In this document: one piece after another, positions 22,119 to 24,000 of the stretch
How the letters are laid out: each line of letters opens with the position of its first letter
Position numbering within the stretch: position 1 is the first letter of the stretch
From: Promethearchaeota archaeon
GTDB taxonomy: Archaea; Asgardarchaeota; Lokiarchaeia; Sigyniarchaeales; SOKP01
Assembly (NCBI GenBank): GCA_048941015.1
Contig: JBHLNZ010000021.1
Span: 8,263 to 32,262, forward strand
DNA length: 24,000 nt
Reading direction: 5' to 3'
Notes under the pieces: generated by a model
Databases searched by the model: none
Told to the model about the DNA's origin: nothing
What the model saw: only the letters and a program-made list of their open reading frames with translations
Program-made: the position numbers and the translations under genes

Positions 22119-24000
22119 TAAATTCGGAAAGAATTACAGAAATTTTTGGCCTAAAGTCTGAAATCTATAATGAAATAATGAAATCTTTTGAAAAAGAACT
22201 CGTTAATGAAAAAGATCTATTTCTAAAGAAATATAATAATTGGAATTTGTTATTTAAAAATATTTTTGGAAGCCAAATTGAAAGAACGCTATTTCTAAAA
22301 CAAACCTATCTTTCTCAGATATTGAAAATTTTAATATTATTTAAATTAAAAAATGATACAGATGTGAATCAATTTTGTGATGCCTATAAATTCTATAACT
22401 TAGAAGAGTATGGTTTAATTGAGTTAAAGTACTTTAATTGGATTGAAATAAATGAACAAATTATAAAAAAGATCTATAATATTTTAAACAAATCGGATTT
22501 CTCTAACGAAGATTTATTTCATGAAGTATACCAAGATATCTTTTCTTCCAAAATACGTCATAAAGCTGGAGAGTTTTATACGATTCCTCTTTTGGTCAAT
22601 AAAATGGTCAATGATGTTTATAAGTTTGGAATGAGAGTATTAGATCCTTCCTGTGGTTCAGGAAGCTTCTTAATACAAATAATAATAAGTATTTTAAAAT
22701 CTCAAATGCCATTTAAGGACAAAATTGATGCGATTAATAATGTTTATGGTTTCGATGTTAATCCTTTAGCAATATTAACAGCGAAATCAAATATTCTTTT
22801 ATTTTTTTTAAGTCAATTTGATCTAAAAAGTAATTCAATCCCTAAAATCAATATATTTTTACTTGATTCTCTTTTTCCTGAAGATTTTGAAAAAAATTCT
22901 TCAATAAATCTGAAAAAATTATATTCGAGTTTTGATCTCGCAATAGGGAACCCTCCTTGGTTAACTTATAAAGATATTAATAATTCGAATTATCAAAAAA
23001 AAATTAGATTATTAGCTGAATCTTTAAATATTAAACCTCGTAGTCAATATATCACCCATATTGAATTAGCATCAATTTTTTTTTATGCTATCCCTTTAAA
23101 ATTTTTAAAAATGGGGGGAGAAATATTATTCGTCATAACGAAAAGTGTATTGAATGGGGATCATTGCTTTAAATTCAGGAGTTTTTCTATATTTGAAAAC
23201 TTAGAAATTTGGGATTTCCCCAAGAATTATTTTTTTAATGTCGATCATATTTGCTTGAAAGCAAAGTTTGTTGGAGCTGGAAAGAGACAGTCAATTTCAT
23301 CCAAATACCCGATTAACTCTAAAATTTTTAATGATAAACTCGAATTACAAAATACTATCAAATATACAAGTATAAAATGTGAAGAGGATGGAGCAAAAAT
23401 TATTCTTCCCGAATATGAAGTTAAAAGATTAAATGAACTTAGAAAAAGTCCTTATAAGGAAAAGTTTCTCCAAGGAGCTACTTTAGTTCCAAGAACTCTC
23501 GTTTTCTTCGAAATAAATGATAAAAATAATCAATATCTAAAAATTTCTTCTGATAGTGATATTCTTTTACGTGCTAAAAAAAAATGGAAGTTCACTTTTA
23601 AAAACGTTGAGATTGAAAATAGATTTAGATTTAAATCCTTTTTAAATATGGATTTAATTCCTTTTCTTATAAAAAAATATCGAAATGTTTTTTTACCTAT
23701 TAATTCTGAATTTGAGTTTAAAATTGAGTTTCTTAAAAAAAATCCAAAAGCATTTATATTCTATAATAAATTGAATGATTTTTATAAAAGAAACAAAAAA
23801 AGCACAAGTAATATCAATACATTATTTGAAAATTTGAACTATTGGAATAAACTTACAAAACAATTTAAGAATAAGAAATATATTGTTGTATATAATGCTA
23901 GTGGTTCAAATTTAAAAGCTGCTGTAATAAATAATGAAAAAAAAAATATTGTTATTGACTCAGAAAATTATTATCTCTCAACAGATTCTTTAAATGAAGC
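22097..24000 (+). CDS. N6-adenine DNA methyltransferase, Eco57I/TaqI-like gamma class (possibly type IIG/IIL or BREX PglX-like); 3' partial, runs off the window
   Basis: This ORF was hand-translated and is not in the supplied track. It is uninterrupted from ATG 22097 (in-frame TAA at 22091) to the window end, more than 634 codons. It has motif X/AdoMet region AGEFYTIPLLVNKMV, motif I VLDPSCGSGSFL and motif IV FDLAIGNPPW. The N-terminal ~150 aa is a helical domain, and the long C-terminal region is consistent with a target-recognition domain. Confidence 0.85.
   Translation, partial: MVENKKVINSERITEIFGLKSEIYNEIMKSFEKELVNEKDLFLKKYNNWNLLFKNIFGSQIERTLFLKQTYLSQILKILILFKLKNDTDVNQFCDAYKFYNLEEYGLIELKYFNWIEINEQIIKKIYNILNKSDFSNEDLFHEVYQDIFSSKIRHKAGEFYTIPLLVNKMVNDVYKFGMRVLDPSCGSGSFLIQIIISILKSQMPFKDKIDAINNVYGFDVNPLAILTAKSNILLFFLSQFDLKSNSIPKINIFLLDSLFPEDFEKNSSINLKKLYSSFDLAIGNPPWLTYKDINNSNYQKKIRLLAESLNIKPRSQYITHIELASIFFYAIPLKFLKMGGEILFVITKSVLNGDHCFKFRSFSIFENLEIWDFPKNYFFNVDHICLKAKFVGAGKRQSISSKYPINSKIFNDKLELQNTIKYTSIKCEEDGAKIILPEYEVKRLNELRKSPYKEKFLQGATLVPRTLVFFEINDKNNQYLKISSDSDILLRAKKKWKFTFKNVEIENRFRFKSFLNMDLIPFLIKKYRNVFLPINSEFEFKIEFLKKNPKAFIFYNKLNDFYKRNKKSTSNINTLFENLNYWNKLTKQFKNKKYIVVYNASGSNLKAAVINNEKKNIVIDSENYYLSTDSLNE

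Overview
AT-rich window of roughly 30% GC by eye. It is archaeal and most likely from an Asgard (Lokiarchaeia-like) genome. The evidence is an intron-containing tRNA, oligo-T tracts after genes, and several eukaryotic-signature proteins: a gelsolin-domain protein, a Roadblock/LC7 protein, and a true actin/Arp-clade protein. Layout, left to right: (1) a membrane module at 1-4056, made of a zinc-ribbon membrane protein, an Asp-rich mini-ORF, an NfeD-like protein with about 34 in-frame (His/Gln/Asn)-hydrophobic-Asp tripeptide repeats, a flotillin/SPFH protein and a beta-carbonic anhydrase. (2) A YhhN membrane protein, tRNA-Thr(GGU) and a two-intron tRNA(CAU). (3) A minus-strand housekeeping block: M29-like aminopeptidase and a DUF169 / FAD-flavoprotein / 2x[4Fe-4S] ferredoxin operon. 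(4) The bifunctional NAD(P)HX repair enzyme Nnr. (5) A plus-strand run of gelsolin-X, Roadblock/LC7 and a large protein combining Cdc48-N-like domains, a ~125-aa proline-rich tract and a vWA domain. (6) A VOC enzyme, then a tightly spaced same-strand run of AbrB-ACT regulator, Lys/Glu-rich coiled-coil protein, divergent actin-related protein, 862-aa helical-repeat + CHAT-domain protein whose His/Cys dyad reads Asn/Ser, and a small coiled-coil protein with a degenerate PLD-like motif. (7) A 45-codon ORF overlapping the start of an Eco57I/TaqI-like N6-adenine DNA methyltransferase. That methyltransferase runs off the right edge and is absent from the supplied ORF track. All family calls come from motif reading by eye; no searches were run. 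The best candidate for an undescribed system is the 16.2-21.9 kb ARP / coiled-coil / pseudo-CHAT cluster, followed by the neighbouring gelsolin-Roadblock-vWA trio. No CRISPR array, integrase or transposase was seen.
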